Below are positions 37,731-47,317 of a stretch of 60,344 bases of DNA, piece by piece. Position 1 is the stretch's first letter. Each line of letters begins with the position of its first letter. Made by a program: the position numbers and the translations under genes. Source of the DNA: Armatimonadota bacterium (lineage in GTDB: Bacteria; Armatimonadota; UBA5829; DTLH01); contig JBBRAE010000017.1 of assembly GCA_038207085.1 (NCBI GenBank), positions 1-60,344 on the forward strand, written 5' to 3'. The notes below the pieces were generated by a model that did not search any database, had not been told where the DNA came from, and was given only the letters and a program-made list of their open reading frames with translations.

Positions 37731-39734
37731 CTACTTATTGTCCCGCAGCTTGAACCTGAACCGTGCGTCTTCCTCATACCACATTGGGAAGTTCGTCCCC
37801 CACACGTTGTTGTGCAGGTTGACGTGAACTCCTTTGCCCGAGTCGGGAAGCGTGTTGTTGAAGTCAAGAAGCGACGGCTTGTCAAAGGCAACGAGTGGCG
37901 CGTCCACTGTGTCTATGGCAAGGGTCCCATTGATTACACCCGTTCCAACGGCATGAAGCTTGCGGTTACCATCAGCGATCACGTCGATGGGCGAAACCAT
38001 CTGCCCCATTTTATCCATCAGCCACTCACCCTCACCGACTGCGGGGTGAAAGCTGAACCAGCACGCCTCGGGAAGCCGACAGGCCTGCTTGTCGAACCAC
38101 TTCAGGTCGAATGTGATCGCGGTGGGGTCGATCGAGACCGTTATCTCCACAGTAACGGTCTTCGGGCATCCGTATTTCTCGACAGCCTCCTGCGGGCCAT
38201 CGAGCTCGACCAAAAACGTGGTCGCATCGCCCAACTTGCGGCAATATACCCCGGCGAGACTCATGCTCCACACCCGGCTTTCGGCTTTTGCCTTGTCCAT
38301 CCCGGGCTTGCTGAAGTCAGGGATTGCCCAGGGGATGATCCAGTCTATGAGAAGCAGATACTGCTGGGTGAACCTGTCGTAGTCTTGCTGCGAAAACGTC
38401 TGGTAGGTGAACATGCCTAACAGATGCTCAGGTGTGGCAAGTGCGCGTCCCGTATTGGTGTCCACAAGGTGCGAGACGGCACCGTTTTTCGGGTCAAAAC
38501 CGATCTCGAAACCTTTAGCGTCGAACCTTGCAGGCTCCTCAAGCCGGGTCATCCCTTCATGGGAGGGTCTGGTGGGCACGAGGTTGTCGATGGCCTGACG
38601 TGCCTGGAGTCCCAGCAGTGAACCACCGAGCGCATCTACAGCTTCGGTGACATAGGCCCGCTGCTCGGCCCAGCTCGCCTCCATCTTGTTGAAGTTGTCC
38701 CTACTCCTCGCCAGCGCAAACTCCACCGCGCCGTAGTTCTCCCAGTCGTCGAGATGGGTCTTTACATCAAGCCCCCAAGTGTGCTCGGGAACCATCAGGA
38801 GGCTTCTGCTGAACTTGTCAAACGCCGGGTCGCATGCGACGTCGGGGTTGTCGGCTAGCGTACGTGCCCGCAGGCGCGAAAGCTCGCGGAACTGGGCTAC
38901 TTTGCCCGGATCGGTGCCGACGCCGTGGATCCAAGTGTCAGCTATCTCAGACTCGATCACGGGGAGGGTATCCCTGACCGCCAGAAGCGCCCCAGCGAAG
39001 GAATCCATAGTCGAGGCGACAGCCTCAGCTCCGGGGAAGCTCTCTCGAACGTGCGAAAATACCTCAACAATCTTGTCAACTGCCTGCGGGCCGTTGTTGT
39101 CTGCAGTATGGGCAAAAGAAAGCGCCTCTGAAAGCCCCTCAACAGTGCGCGTGCCGCCGTAGCCGCCCTTGTCGTAGTGCACGATGACCTCGCTCCCGCC
39201 GCTCCTCCACACAAACACCGGTGGGACGTCTGGAGGTTTGGATGCGAAATTCACGCCGATGTGCAGATACTTCATCCCCGCATCTGCCAAGAGCGGCACG
39301 ATCGCCCGGGTGTGCCCAGGCACGTCAGTCATCTTGGCGGCGATAGTCCTCCTACCAAAACGCTCATCGAGTCTCTGTGAAAGTGACAAGCCATAGGCGA
39401 AGAGCGAGGGGTCCATAAGCTCGGAGTGCGTGGTGAACGGCATCCCGTGCCAGGCGATGTCACCTGCGAGGATCGCATCTTCCATTCGTATGCGTTCCTC
39501 GCGCGAAGCCTGCTCCAGGCACTCGTACACAAGCCACGAACCGGTGGTCCACACAAACCGCTCAGGCTTGCCCTCTGCTCAAAGCTTACCGGCAAGCTCG
39601 ATCGCTCCCGGGATGAACTTCTCAAAATACTCCCGCGTTATATTGCCCGCAAAATCCGTAAACCCGACGTCGAGGTGGGTCTTAAAAACTATGTGGACCT
39701 TATTAATTGCAGGCGAACAGGTGTTTTCTCCCAA
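37731..39734 (-). pseudogene. DUF5054-type putative glycoside hydrolase (GH38-like N-terminus) interrupted by an in-frame TGA at codon 52
   Basis: TTG start behind GGGAGG; KVHIVFKTHLDVGFTD...GKL*AEGKPERFVWTTGSWL continues in frame into the 607-aa ORF. Confidence 0.8.
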
Positions 39735-39885
39735 TGCATTGCCTCCCAACAAGAAAGAGACCCATGTTTGGGCAGAAGCGGCCGCGGCGGCTCACTCCGG
39801 CTCAAACGTGAGTCTCTCTTCAAAACATACACATCTGCCTTGCTACACCAACCAATTCAGCGGTGTGACGGGACTACAAGTCAGC

Positions 39886-40302
39886 TCACTTTGCCTTCTT
39901 CAATGCCTCGTTCATCGCGGCAACGAAGGCGTCGGCATTTTTGTAGCCTACGACCCGACTGACCTCTTTGGTCTTGCTGTTGTAGAAGACGATCGTTGGG
40001 TACCCATCGACTTTGTATTTCTCGACGAGCTTTGAATACTTGTCTCCGTCCACCTTGACGCACACGAACTTGCCTGCGAGTTCGATCACGCGCGCATCAC
40101 TGTAGACGTCCTTATCGAGCTTCTTGCACCAGCCGCACCAATCGGTGTAGAAGTCGACCATCATGGGCTTGTTCGTCTGTTTGGCCACCTTGGCAGCCTT
40201 CTCAAAGTCATAGCTCCACTTGATCGACCTGGTCGCCGCGAACGCAGCACTCACTACAAACGCGGCGATTACCACGACCGCAAACATCCGCACTCTGTTC
40301 AT
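39886..40302 (-). CDS. Exported thioredoxin-family protein
   Basis: Signal peptide; VDFYTDWCGWCKKL, GYPT. Confidence 0.9.
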   Translation of the reverse strand: MNRVRMFAVVVIAAFVVSAAFAATRSIKWSYDFEKAAKVAKQTNKPMMVDFYTDWCGWCKKLDKDVYSDARVIELAGKFVCVKVDGDKYSKLVEKYKVDGYPTIVFYNSKTKEVSRVVGYKNADAFVAAMNEALKKAK

Positions 40303-40413
40303 ACCATTACCACCTCTCTGTATGCGCAAATACGCACGAGCATCCAGAATCAGTTCTTATGTACTAGTATTACGCAGAATGGCTCAGTTTAATCCTCATT
40401 TTGTGAAAAAAAG

Positions 40414-40521
40414 TTACCGAGTCTTCTTTTTGGCAAGTGCCTTCATACCGCGCACTTTAGTCGCGATCCGATCCGCCAGACGCTTTCTGGTTCTTCTCAA
40501 TTCTTTATTTCGTAATCTCAG
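40414..40521 (-). CDS. Small basic protein (35 aa, CTG start), DUF6800-like
   Basis: GGGAGGTG RBS 7 nt before CTG; (M)RLRNKELRRTRKRLADRIATKVRGMKALAKKKTR*; own promoter upstream. Confidence 0.65.
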   Translation of the reverse strand: MRLRNKELRRTRKRLADRIATKVRGMKALAKKKTR

Positions 40522-40553
40522 AGTGTCACACCTCCCTACTATATCTAGTAGGA

Positions 40554-40583
40554 ATTATATCGGCTTCGAGGCCCCAAAGTCAA
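40554..40583 (-). promoter_or_regulatory. Sigma70 promoter of the small basic protein gene
   Basis: TTGACT-18 nt-TATAAT. Confidence 0.65.
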
Positions 40584-40694
40584 CCACCGCGGGTATCTGT
40601 GCCCAAAAGCCTGTAAAAATTGCGGGGAAATACTGTATAATATAGACCACTGTCATAACTCAACCGTTAATGCAGCGAGGAGAAAGGATACCAC

Positions 40695-41390
40695 ATGTCC
40701 AGATCGACCGCTAACTGGCTTTTTGTAACCCCCGTAATCATCACCGCGCTTTTGCTCGCCAAGCCCACACTTACAGGAAATAGTGAGTTCACAGACGAGG
40801 TGGTGGACGTCATCGGCTTTGCCCTGGTCGCGCTTGGAATGATTATCAGAATTGTATCGCGCGAGTGGAAGGCGATCCATCTCAAGGGTGGCCTTGTAAC
40901 TTCGGGACCATACGCAATCGTCCGCCACCCCATGTACATCGGCAGCCTGATCTCCGGCCTGGGCCTTTGCACCGTGATGGGAAGTCTGCTGTTTGCGGCG
41001 GTGTTTGTGATAGCCTACACATTCACGCACCGGTCTATATCGTTTGCAGAAGAACGTTTTCTCGTCAAGCAGTGGCCGGATCAGTTCAAAGCCTACAAGA
41101 GTAATGTCCCGGCATTCTTCCCAAACCCAGTGAAGCTCCCTCGTCTGATCGCAGCCGAAAAGCCGTGGAAGACGCTCACACGAAACGCGGTCAAGCGCGA
41201 ACTCGGCACAATTTGTGGGTTCTCTGTCGCTGCCCTTTTGCTTGAAGTGAGAGAAGACTTTGTCGTCGAAGGCTGGAAGCACGCGCACACGGAGATTTCA
41301 TCATGGCTCGGCGTTGTGCTTGCGATATGCATAGTGTGGGGAGCCCACTCTATCTTGAGGGAGAGAAACTGTCGGGCTGCGTCGGCTTGA
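40695..41390 (+). CDS. Isoprenylcysteine carboxyl methyltransferase / PEMT family membrane protein
   Basis: LVTSGPYAIVRHPMYIGS, AEERFL. Confidence 0.88.
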   Translation: MSRSTANWLFVTPVIITALLLAKPTLTGNSEFTDEVVDVIGFALVALGMIIRIVSREWKAIHLKGGLVTSGPYAIVRHPMYIGSLISGLGLCTVMGSLLFAAVFVIAYTFTHRSISFAEERFLVKQWPDQFKAYKSNVPAFFPNPVKLPRLIAAEKPWKTLTRNAVKRELGTICGFSVAALLLEVREDFVVEGWKHAHTEISSWLGVVLAICIVWGAHSILRERNCRAASA

Positions 41391-41473
41391 GGTAAATTGT
41401 CTAAAGGGGTCAGGAGACCCTGGGAATATGCGTGCCGAGTCGGGAGACTCGGCACGATCTAGATCTAATTACG

Positions 41474-43321
41474 CTACTTTGTCCGGCGCACAGCAAGCGT
41501 TCGGTCGAGCTTGCTCAGGATCAGCTTTCGGAAGCGGAGCGCGTCCGGAGTGATCTCAAGAAGCTCATCGTCCGCGATCCAGGCAAGGGCCTGCTCCAGC
41601 ATAAACTGGCGAGCGGGAGAGATCAAGACTGTCGCATCCTCGTTTGAGCTTCGCATGTTGGTGGCATGCTTCGCCCTGGTGACGTTTACGACCATGTCCT
41701 CGCTTCGGGTGTTCTCACCCACGACCTGCCCCGTGTAGACCTCGTCACCAGGCGATATGAAGAACGTCGCCCGATCCTGGAGAGGAGAGATCGAATAAGC
41801 CGTCGCGCGGCCAGTTTCTTTCGAGACAAGACTTCCCCGCGACCTGCTCGCTATTTCACCCTTGTGCGGGCCATAGAGCTTGAAGGTGCTGGACATCAGC
41901 CCAAGGCCTTTGGTCCAGGTCAGGAAATCGGTGCGGAAGCCGATCAGCCCGCGCGTCGGGATGTCGAAGACGAGACGGTTGTTGCCGACCTCGTCCTTGG
42001 TCATCGATGTGATCTCGCCCTTGCGTTTGGAGACCTCCTCGATGATCGTGCCAACAAACTCGTCGTGGACGTCTATGATCAACTCCTCGATTGGCTCAAG
42101 AAGCACTCCGTCGACAGTCTTGGTGATCGCCCGGGGCTTTGATACGGCGACCTCATAGCCCTCGCGACGCATCGTCTCAAGCAGGATCGCAAGCTGAAGC
42201 TCACCTCTGCCGGAAACGTTCAAGGAGTCGGGAGAGTCGGTCGGCTCGACCCGCAGGCTCACGTTGGTGATCGCCTCGCGTTCAAGCCGGCTTGAAAGGT
42301 TGCGCATCGTCACCCACTTGCCGCTTTTACCGGCCCAGGGGCTGTTGTTGACGATAAAATCCATTGATACCGTGGGCTCGTCGATGTGTATCGGCTCAAG
42401 CGCCTCGGGGTTCACCGCGTCGCCGATCGTTTCACCGATCTCAACCACCGGGTACCCGGCCAAGAGCACGATCTCACCGGCGGAAGCCTCTTCCACTTCG
42501 ATGCGCTTCAGGCCCTGATAGATAAATATCCGGGTGACCCCAAACCTGTCCATCGATCCGTCGCGCTTGATGATAGCGACCTGTTCGGCGCGCTTTACGC
42601 TGCCCCGCAGGATTTTCCCGCCGAACATTCGGCCAAGGTGCTCATCGTAATCGAGGCTCGTCACCTGCAGTTGGAACGGCTTGCTCATCTCGACCTTGGG
42701 CGGCGGCACGTGCGACATGATCATCTGGAAGAGCGGGTCAATGTCAACCGGCGCGTGCGCAGGGTCCATAAGCGCGTAGCCTTCGGCTCCCGATGCAAAA
42801 AGATAAGGAAAATCGAGCTGGTCCTCGTGGCAGCCGAGGTCGATGAATAGGTCCAAAACCTCGTCGATAACCTCCCACGGCCTTGCGCCGGGGCGGTCTA
42901 TCTTGTTCACGACAACGATGGGGTGCAGCTTCTGCTCAAGGGCTTTCTTCAGCACGAACCGGGTCTGAGGCATCGGTCCTTCGCAGGCATCGACCAAAAG
43001 CAGAACGCCGTCGACCGAGCGCAGGATCCGCTCAACTTCTCCTCCAAAGTCGGAGTGACCGGGGGTATCGACGATGTTGATCTTGGTGTCTTTGTAATAG
43101 ACCGAAGTGACCTTGGAGAGAATGGTGATCCCCTTCTCGCGTTCGAGGTCATTTGAGTCCATGATGCGCTCAGCGACGACCTGGTTCAGGCGGAACGTGC
43201 CACTCTGTCTCAAGATAACGTCGACAAGCGTCGTCTTGCCGTGGTCGACGTGCGCGATGATCGCGAGGTTTCGGATGTCGTCTCGGACTTCCTCAGGTTG
43301 TGTTATCTCGGTTATGCTCAT
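41474..43321 (-). CDS. typA: Translational GTPase TypA/BipA
   Basis: [55 protein letters not shown]. Confidence 0.97.
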   Translation of the reverse strand: MSITEITQPEEVRDDIRNLAIIAHVDHGKTTLVDVILRQSGTFRLNQVVAERIMDSNDLEREKGITILSKVTSVYYKDTKINIVDTPGHSDFGGEVERILRSVDGVLLLVDACEGPMPQTRFVLKKALEQKLHPIVVVNKIDRPGARPWEVIDEVLDLFIDLGCHEDQLDFPYLFASGAEGYALMDPAHAPVDIDPLFQMIMSHVPPPKVEMSKPFQLQVTSLDYDEHLGRMFGGKILRGSVKRAEQVAIIKRDGSMDRFGVTRIFIYQGLKRIEVEEASAGEIVLLAGYPVVEIGETIGDAVNPEALEPIHIDEPTVSMDFIVNNSPWAGKSGKWVTMRNLSSRLEREAITNVSLRVEPTDSPDSLNVSGRGELQLAILLETMRREGYEVAVSKPRAITKTVDGVLLEPIEELIIDVHDEFVGTIIEEVSKRKGEITSMTKDEVGNNRLVFDIPTRGLIGFRTDFLTWTKGLGLMSSTFKLYGPHKGEIASRSRGSLVSKETGRATAYSISPLQDRATFFISPGDEVYTGQVVGENTRSEDMVVNVTRAKHATNMRSSNEDATVLISPARQFMLEQALAWIADDELLEITPDALRFRKLILSKLDRTLAVRRTK

Positions 43322-43435
43322 ATTGCTCCGTATGGTACACGACAAAAACGGCCGAAGTTCCCATGACTTGCGGGACTCGGCCGCCGGTTTTCCACAGTAT
43401 TTCTGGTATAATTCTACCAGTTTTGTCGCTCTTGG

Positions 43436-43597
43436 TCAAATGCGGCTTTGCACTTCGGCTATCACGTCGCCCAGACTTACGTAGACCTTGTCGGGAATCT
43501 TCTCTGCGAACGACATCATCTGCGCCGGCGCGTTGTTGTCGTTCAGGTGCTCGATGATGTCTTGTTTGCTCGCCGGAAAGTCGACCCCCTCGTCCAC
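43436..43597 (-). CDS. DUF2795-like small protein (53 aa, possibly 5'-truncated)
   Basis: [24 protein letters not shown]...KIPDKVY; absent from the ORF track. Confidence 0.55.
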   Translation of the reverse strand: MDEGVDFPASKQDIIEHLNDNNAPAQMMSFAEKIPDKVYVSLGDVIAEVQSRI

Positions 43598-43631
43598 CGG
43601 CGCTATTGCTCGATTTTATCAGGAGATTAGC

Positions 43632-44012
43632 CTAAGGTGTGGATGCCCCGGCTTTGGCGCTCAGGGTCGGGCGTTCGACGGGGATTACCAGTTTCTGCCC
43701 GACTTGTAGGGGGCGGCCTGCGTCGAGCTTGTTTATTGCGGCGATCTTGTGGACTCGTTTCAGGATATACTCATCGGGGCTGCCGTACTGCCTGGCATAG
43801 GTCCAGAGGGTCTCGCCGGAGTGGACTTGTACGGTGATTGTGCCGGGAGATGGCGCAAACTTGGACGAAATAACGTGCACTGCGGACAGGATCAGTACGA
43901 ACACGACCAATCCAGCCGCAGCGACATGGAGGTAATTCTCAGCTATATCTCTCACTTTTGAGAGTGAAACGACCCCTATAGGAACTTTCGCCAGATGATT
44001 TACCGCTAACAT
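43632..44012 (-). CDS. Single-TM LysM protein (YneA-like architecture)
   Basis: AAGGAGG RBS before ATG 44012; TM helix then VHSGETLW..A...N-x-L...LQVGQKLVIP. Confidence 0.85.
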   Translation of the reverse strand: MLAVNHLAKVPIGVVSLSKVRDIAENYLHVAAAGLVVFVLILSAVHVISSKFAPSPGTITVQVHSGETLWTYARQYGSPDEYILKRVHKIAAINKLDAGRPLQVGQKLVIPVERPTLSAKAGASTP

Positions 44013-44314
44013 CTCTACCTCCTTGAAACACCACTTCATCCGTTTGTGTTTACCTTTTACCCGAATTGTCCACAAGCTTAAACCGCAGAGCCACATTTCT
44101 ATATCCTCGCCGGCTTTCAATTTCTTTGACGTGCAAGCGGGCGAATTCGTTTCATAGCAAATAGCAATTTATGCGCGGTTTAGCGGGTTATCCACAGTTG
44201 GTATAAGCCTCTGATGAAATCAGCAGTAGACAACAAAGGTCGCGGGGCGTGAGTTACTCTGCTGCAGTTGTCGCGTAGTTTCCCACAGACGGGCGGAACG
44301 GAGAGTCAGAGGCA

Positions 44315-44998
44315 ATGTGCCTTATGCTGCAGGACAGAACCGACGCAGGCCAAAAGCTCGCGCATTTTCTCAAAACGTTCAAACACTCTGATGCGGTAGT
44401 GCTCGGAATAGCGTGCGGAGGGGTGCCGGTCGCCGTCCAAATCGCGTCACGACTGAGGCTGCCGGTCGGGGCGATCACCCTCGGCAACCTGCCGATCCCC
44501 TGGAACACCGCCGCGGGCTTTGGCGTCGTCGCAACCGACGGAAGCGTGCTTGTGAACGAGGCACTGGTGCGTGAACTGGGAATGACCGACTCGCAACTCG
44601 CAGCCACCATCGAAGACGTCCTCGCCCGTGTCAGGCACAGGCACGAAGCTATCACAGACGGCGCAGACCTCGATGTCACCGGCCGCCAGGCGTTGATCGT
44701 CGACGACGGTATGGCTAGCGGCTATACGATGCTCGCAGCCATCCAATCGACCAGAAACAAAAAGGCAAGCCGGATCACGGTGTGCGTTCCAATTGCCTCC
44801 GAACAGACCATTGCGATGGCGCGCGAAGCTGCGGACGAGGTCATCTGCATCGAAGAAAGCCACATGCTCCCGTTTGCTCTCAAAGACCACTACCACTCCC
44901 TGCCTGACGTGACCGACGAGGAAGTCTGCCGCATTCTCAAAGAATGCCCGCGAGCCATTCACAGGTTTGCGAGTAGCCTCAGCAGGGGAAAACTGTAG
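44315..44998 (+). CDS. Phosphoribosyltransferase family protein
   Basis: DRTDAGQKLA, GGVPVA, LIVDDGMASGYTM. Confidence 0.88.
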   Translation: MCLMLQDRTDAGQKLAHFLKTFKHSDAVVLGIACGGVPVAVQIASRLRLPVGAITLGNLPIPWNTAAGFGVVATDGSVLVNEALVRELGMTDSQLAATIEDVLARVRHRHEAITDGADLDVTGRQALIVDDGMASGYTMLAAIQSTRNKKASRITVCVPIASEQTIAMAREAADEVICIEESHMLPFALKDHYHSLPDVTDEEVCRILKECPRAIHRFASSLSRGKL

Positions 44999-45034
44999 AG
45001 TCAGTTTATCGAACAGAAAAGGTGGGACAAGACA

Positions 45035-45466
45035 ATGTCAGGCACACAAAAAGTGGCATTTGTGGTATTTCGAACGATGCTCGCGCTGATCTTCGTAAAC
45101 TCGGGGGTTCACAAAATATTGGGCTGGAGCCAAACCGCGGGGTATATGGCCTCCAAGGGGATGCCGGTCGTGCCGTTTTTCCTTGCTATGACTATCCTGG
45201 TCGAGGTCGGAGCCGGGCTTGCGCTCATCTTCGGGTTCAAGCCGAATATCGCCGCGGGAGTACTCGCAGCGTTCATGGTCCCGGTCACGCTGATCTTTCA
45301 CAACTTCTGGGCCTCACCAGCGGCGGAACAGCAGATGCAGATGATGCAGTTTATAAAGAACGTCGCGATCATCGGCGGGCTCGGGATGACCGCGATCAGC
45401 AGCGTAGGGGAAAAGTCCTGCGGCGAAGCGTCAAAGACAGAAGCCACGAAAACTGTTGAAATGTAG
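45035..45466 (+). CDS. DoxX family membrane protein
   Basis: R..LALIF..SG..KI, EVGAGL, FHNFW, FIKNVAIIGGL. Confidence 0.9.
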   Translation: MSGTQKVAFVVFRTMLALIFVNSGVHKILGWSQTAGYMASKGMPVVPFFLAMTILVEVGAGLALIFGFKPNIAAGVLAAFMVPVTLIFHNFWASPAAEQQMQMMQFIKNVAIIGGLGMTAISSVGEKSCGEASKTEATKTVEM

Positions 45467-45517
45467 ATATGAACACAGCTATCAGCCGCCGATTACTGAC
45501 GGCTGATAGCCTATAGC

Positions 45518-46180
45518 TCAAAGCGCCGGATCGAGGACGATGATCTCGCGCTTCTCGGGAATATTCTCACTGTGAATCTCGACGACCGACCTGCCGGTGC
45601 GCTTCACATTCTCTTTTCCAGCAAGAAACTCCTCCACGCCTGCGATCGGAAAGTCCACCTTGGGGGTCTTGAAATGCATGGGGATCACTATTTTCGCCGC
45701 GAGCTGATCGGCGACTTCCCACGCTTCACCGGGGCCGATCGTGAAGAACCCACCGACCGGCGCGATGAGCACATCCACCGCGCCGATCTCAGCGGCCTGG
45801 TCGCTGTTTAACACGTGCCCGAGATCTCCGAGGTGGCAGATTCGCACACCGTCGACCGTTGACGAGAAGACGGTGTTCTTCCCGCGCTCCCCTCCCCCGG
45901 ACACATCGTGCGCCGTCGCGGTGCCGACAAACTCGATCCCATCGGCGATAAAGCGGCCCGCGCCCTTGATGATGATCGGATTCCCCGCGACCATCGCCGG
46001 GTAGAAGTGATCGGCGTGCTCGTGGGAGACGGTGACAATGTCAGCGGGCTGGTTAAAAGCGCCGTGTTTGACCGCGCCGTCGTAGGCCCCAGGCTGGTAA
46101 GGATCGGTGACGATCCTCGTGCCGGAGTCCGACACAATCAGAAACGACGAGTGTCCCAACCACTGAATTTTCATTGCCAT
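45518..46180 (-). CDS. MBL-fold metallo-hydrolase
   Basis: WLGHSSF, SHEHADH, HLGDLGH, IPMHF. Confidence 0.9.
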   Translation of the reverse strand: MAMKIQWLGHSSFLIVSDSGTRIVTDPYQPGAYDGAVKHGAFNQPADIVTVSHEHADHFYPAMVAGNPIIIKGAGRFIADGIEFVGTATAHDVSGGGERGKNTVFSSTVDGVRICHLGDLGHVLNSDQAAEIGAVDVLIAPVGGFFTIGPGEAWEVADQLAAKIVIPMHFKTPKVDFPIAGVEEFLAGKENVKRTGRSVVEIHSENIPEKREIIVLDPAL

Positions 46181-46195
46181 TCCTCCCGGCCAAAT

Positions 46196-47119
46196 CTAGC
46201 CAAGCTGCGAAATGATGCCCTTCAGCACCTCGGCGCAGTTTCTGAGCCCAGCCTTCTCTTCTTCCGTCACTGCGGGCTCGACGACTCCGAGCACGCCGTC
46301 GCGACCGACAAACGTGGGAAGCGAAAGGCAGATGCCTTCGATCCCAAGCGCGCCTTTCTGAAGCGTCGAAACCGGCAGAAGCGCCCGCTTGTCGAGCACT
46401 ATCGCGTGCACGAGCTCGGCGATCGCAACCCCTACGGCGTAGCCCGCGCCGCCTTTGAGGCGAATAACCTCGGCGCCGCTCTTCTTGGTAAAGTCGAATA
46501 CTCCCTCGACAGTATCTTTATCATACCCAGGGAAGCTTGCGAGCGGAACACCGTTTACACCCGCGCTGCTCCATATCGGGACCATGCTGTCTCCGTGCTC
46601 GCCCAGGATCAGCGCGTCGACATGCGTCGGGTCGACGTTGAAGTGCTCGGCCAGAAGCGATCTGAAGCGTGTGGTGTCAAGAAGCGTGCCGAGTCCGATC
46701 ACCTGCTCTGCAGGGACGATTCCTGAATCAACCGTGAGCTGGGTCAGGATGTCGACGGGGTTTGAGACGACGACGATCTTTGCGCCCGTGGCGAGCTTCA
46801 CCTTCTTTATATTCTCAAGGATCCCCCGAAAAAGGGAGACGTTGCGGTTGATCAGATCAAGTCGACTTTCGTCGGGCTTGCGGCGAAGCCCTGCGGTGAT
46901 GACGACGATATCGGAGCCCTCGGCCGCCTCAGGGCCGCCTGAATATATCTTCTGAGAGGCTACAAGCGATGCCCCGTGGCGCAGGTCGAGCGCCTCGCCC
47001 TCAGCGACTTCAAGGGCCACATCGACTACTGCGATCTCACGAACGAGCCCACCGAGCTGCAGCGCGTACGCCGCGTTGGAGCCAACTCTCCCCGCTCCAC
47101 CGATGATACTGACTTTCAA
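46196..47119 (-). CDS. Lactate/malate dehydrogenase family protein
   Basis: IIGGAGRVG, TAGLRRKPDESRLDL, VSNPVD, LDTTR, GEHGDS. Confidence 0.92.
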   Translation of the reverse strand: MKVSIIGGAGRVGSNAAYALQLGGLVREIAVVDVALEVAEGEALDLRHGASLVASQKIYSGGPEAAEGSDIVVITAGLRRKPDESRLDLINRNVSLFRGILENIKKVKLATGAKIVVVSNPVDILTQLTVDSGIVPAEQVIGLGTLLDTTRFRSLLAEHFNVDPTHVDALILGEHGDSMVPIWSSAGVNGVPLASFPGYDKDTVEGVFDFTKKSGAEVIRLKGGAGYAVGVAIAELVHAIVLDKRALLPVSTLQKGALGIEGICLSLPTFVGRDGVLGVVEPAVTEEEKAGLRNCAEVLKGIISQLG

Positions 47120-47247
47120 CTCTGAGTCCTCCTGGTATACTAACTTATGAATATGTTAGTCTGCCTATGATACTGCATTATAGGGATCGCAAATCACGTT
47201 GTCAACGCCCCTGGCGACACACACGCATATTGACGCCTAACAAACGC

Positions 47248-47284
47248 CGTGGCCTCACGCATTCCACGTATCGCGTGAGGCCAC
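47248..47284. terminator. Hairpin downstream of the GH3 gene
   Basis: GTGGCCTCACGC/GCGTGAGGCCAC 12-bp stem; weak T-tail. Confidence 0.5.
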
Positions 47285-47317
47285 AACAAGAACCGTATGC
47301 GGCGAAATGGGTTTACC

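Noticed and set aside
39579..39581. Selenocysteine or genetic-code reassignment of the in-frame TGA
   Set aside because: Not a redox-Cys context, no convincing SECIS, and TGA ends several normal genes here
39756..39818. Long hairpin before the DUF5054 RBS as a riboswitch
   Set aside because: No known aptamer motif; adequately explained as the thioredoxin-gene terminator
44020..44060. LexA (GAAC-N4-GTTC) box upstream of the LysM gene
   Set aside because: Only weak partial matches
43388..44196. Replication origin (DnaA boxes)
   Set aside because: Only three scattered boxes, no clear AT-rich unwinding element, and no dnaA/dnaN nearby
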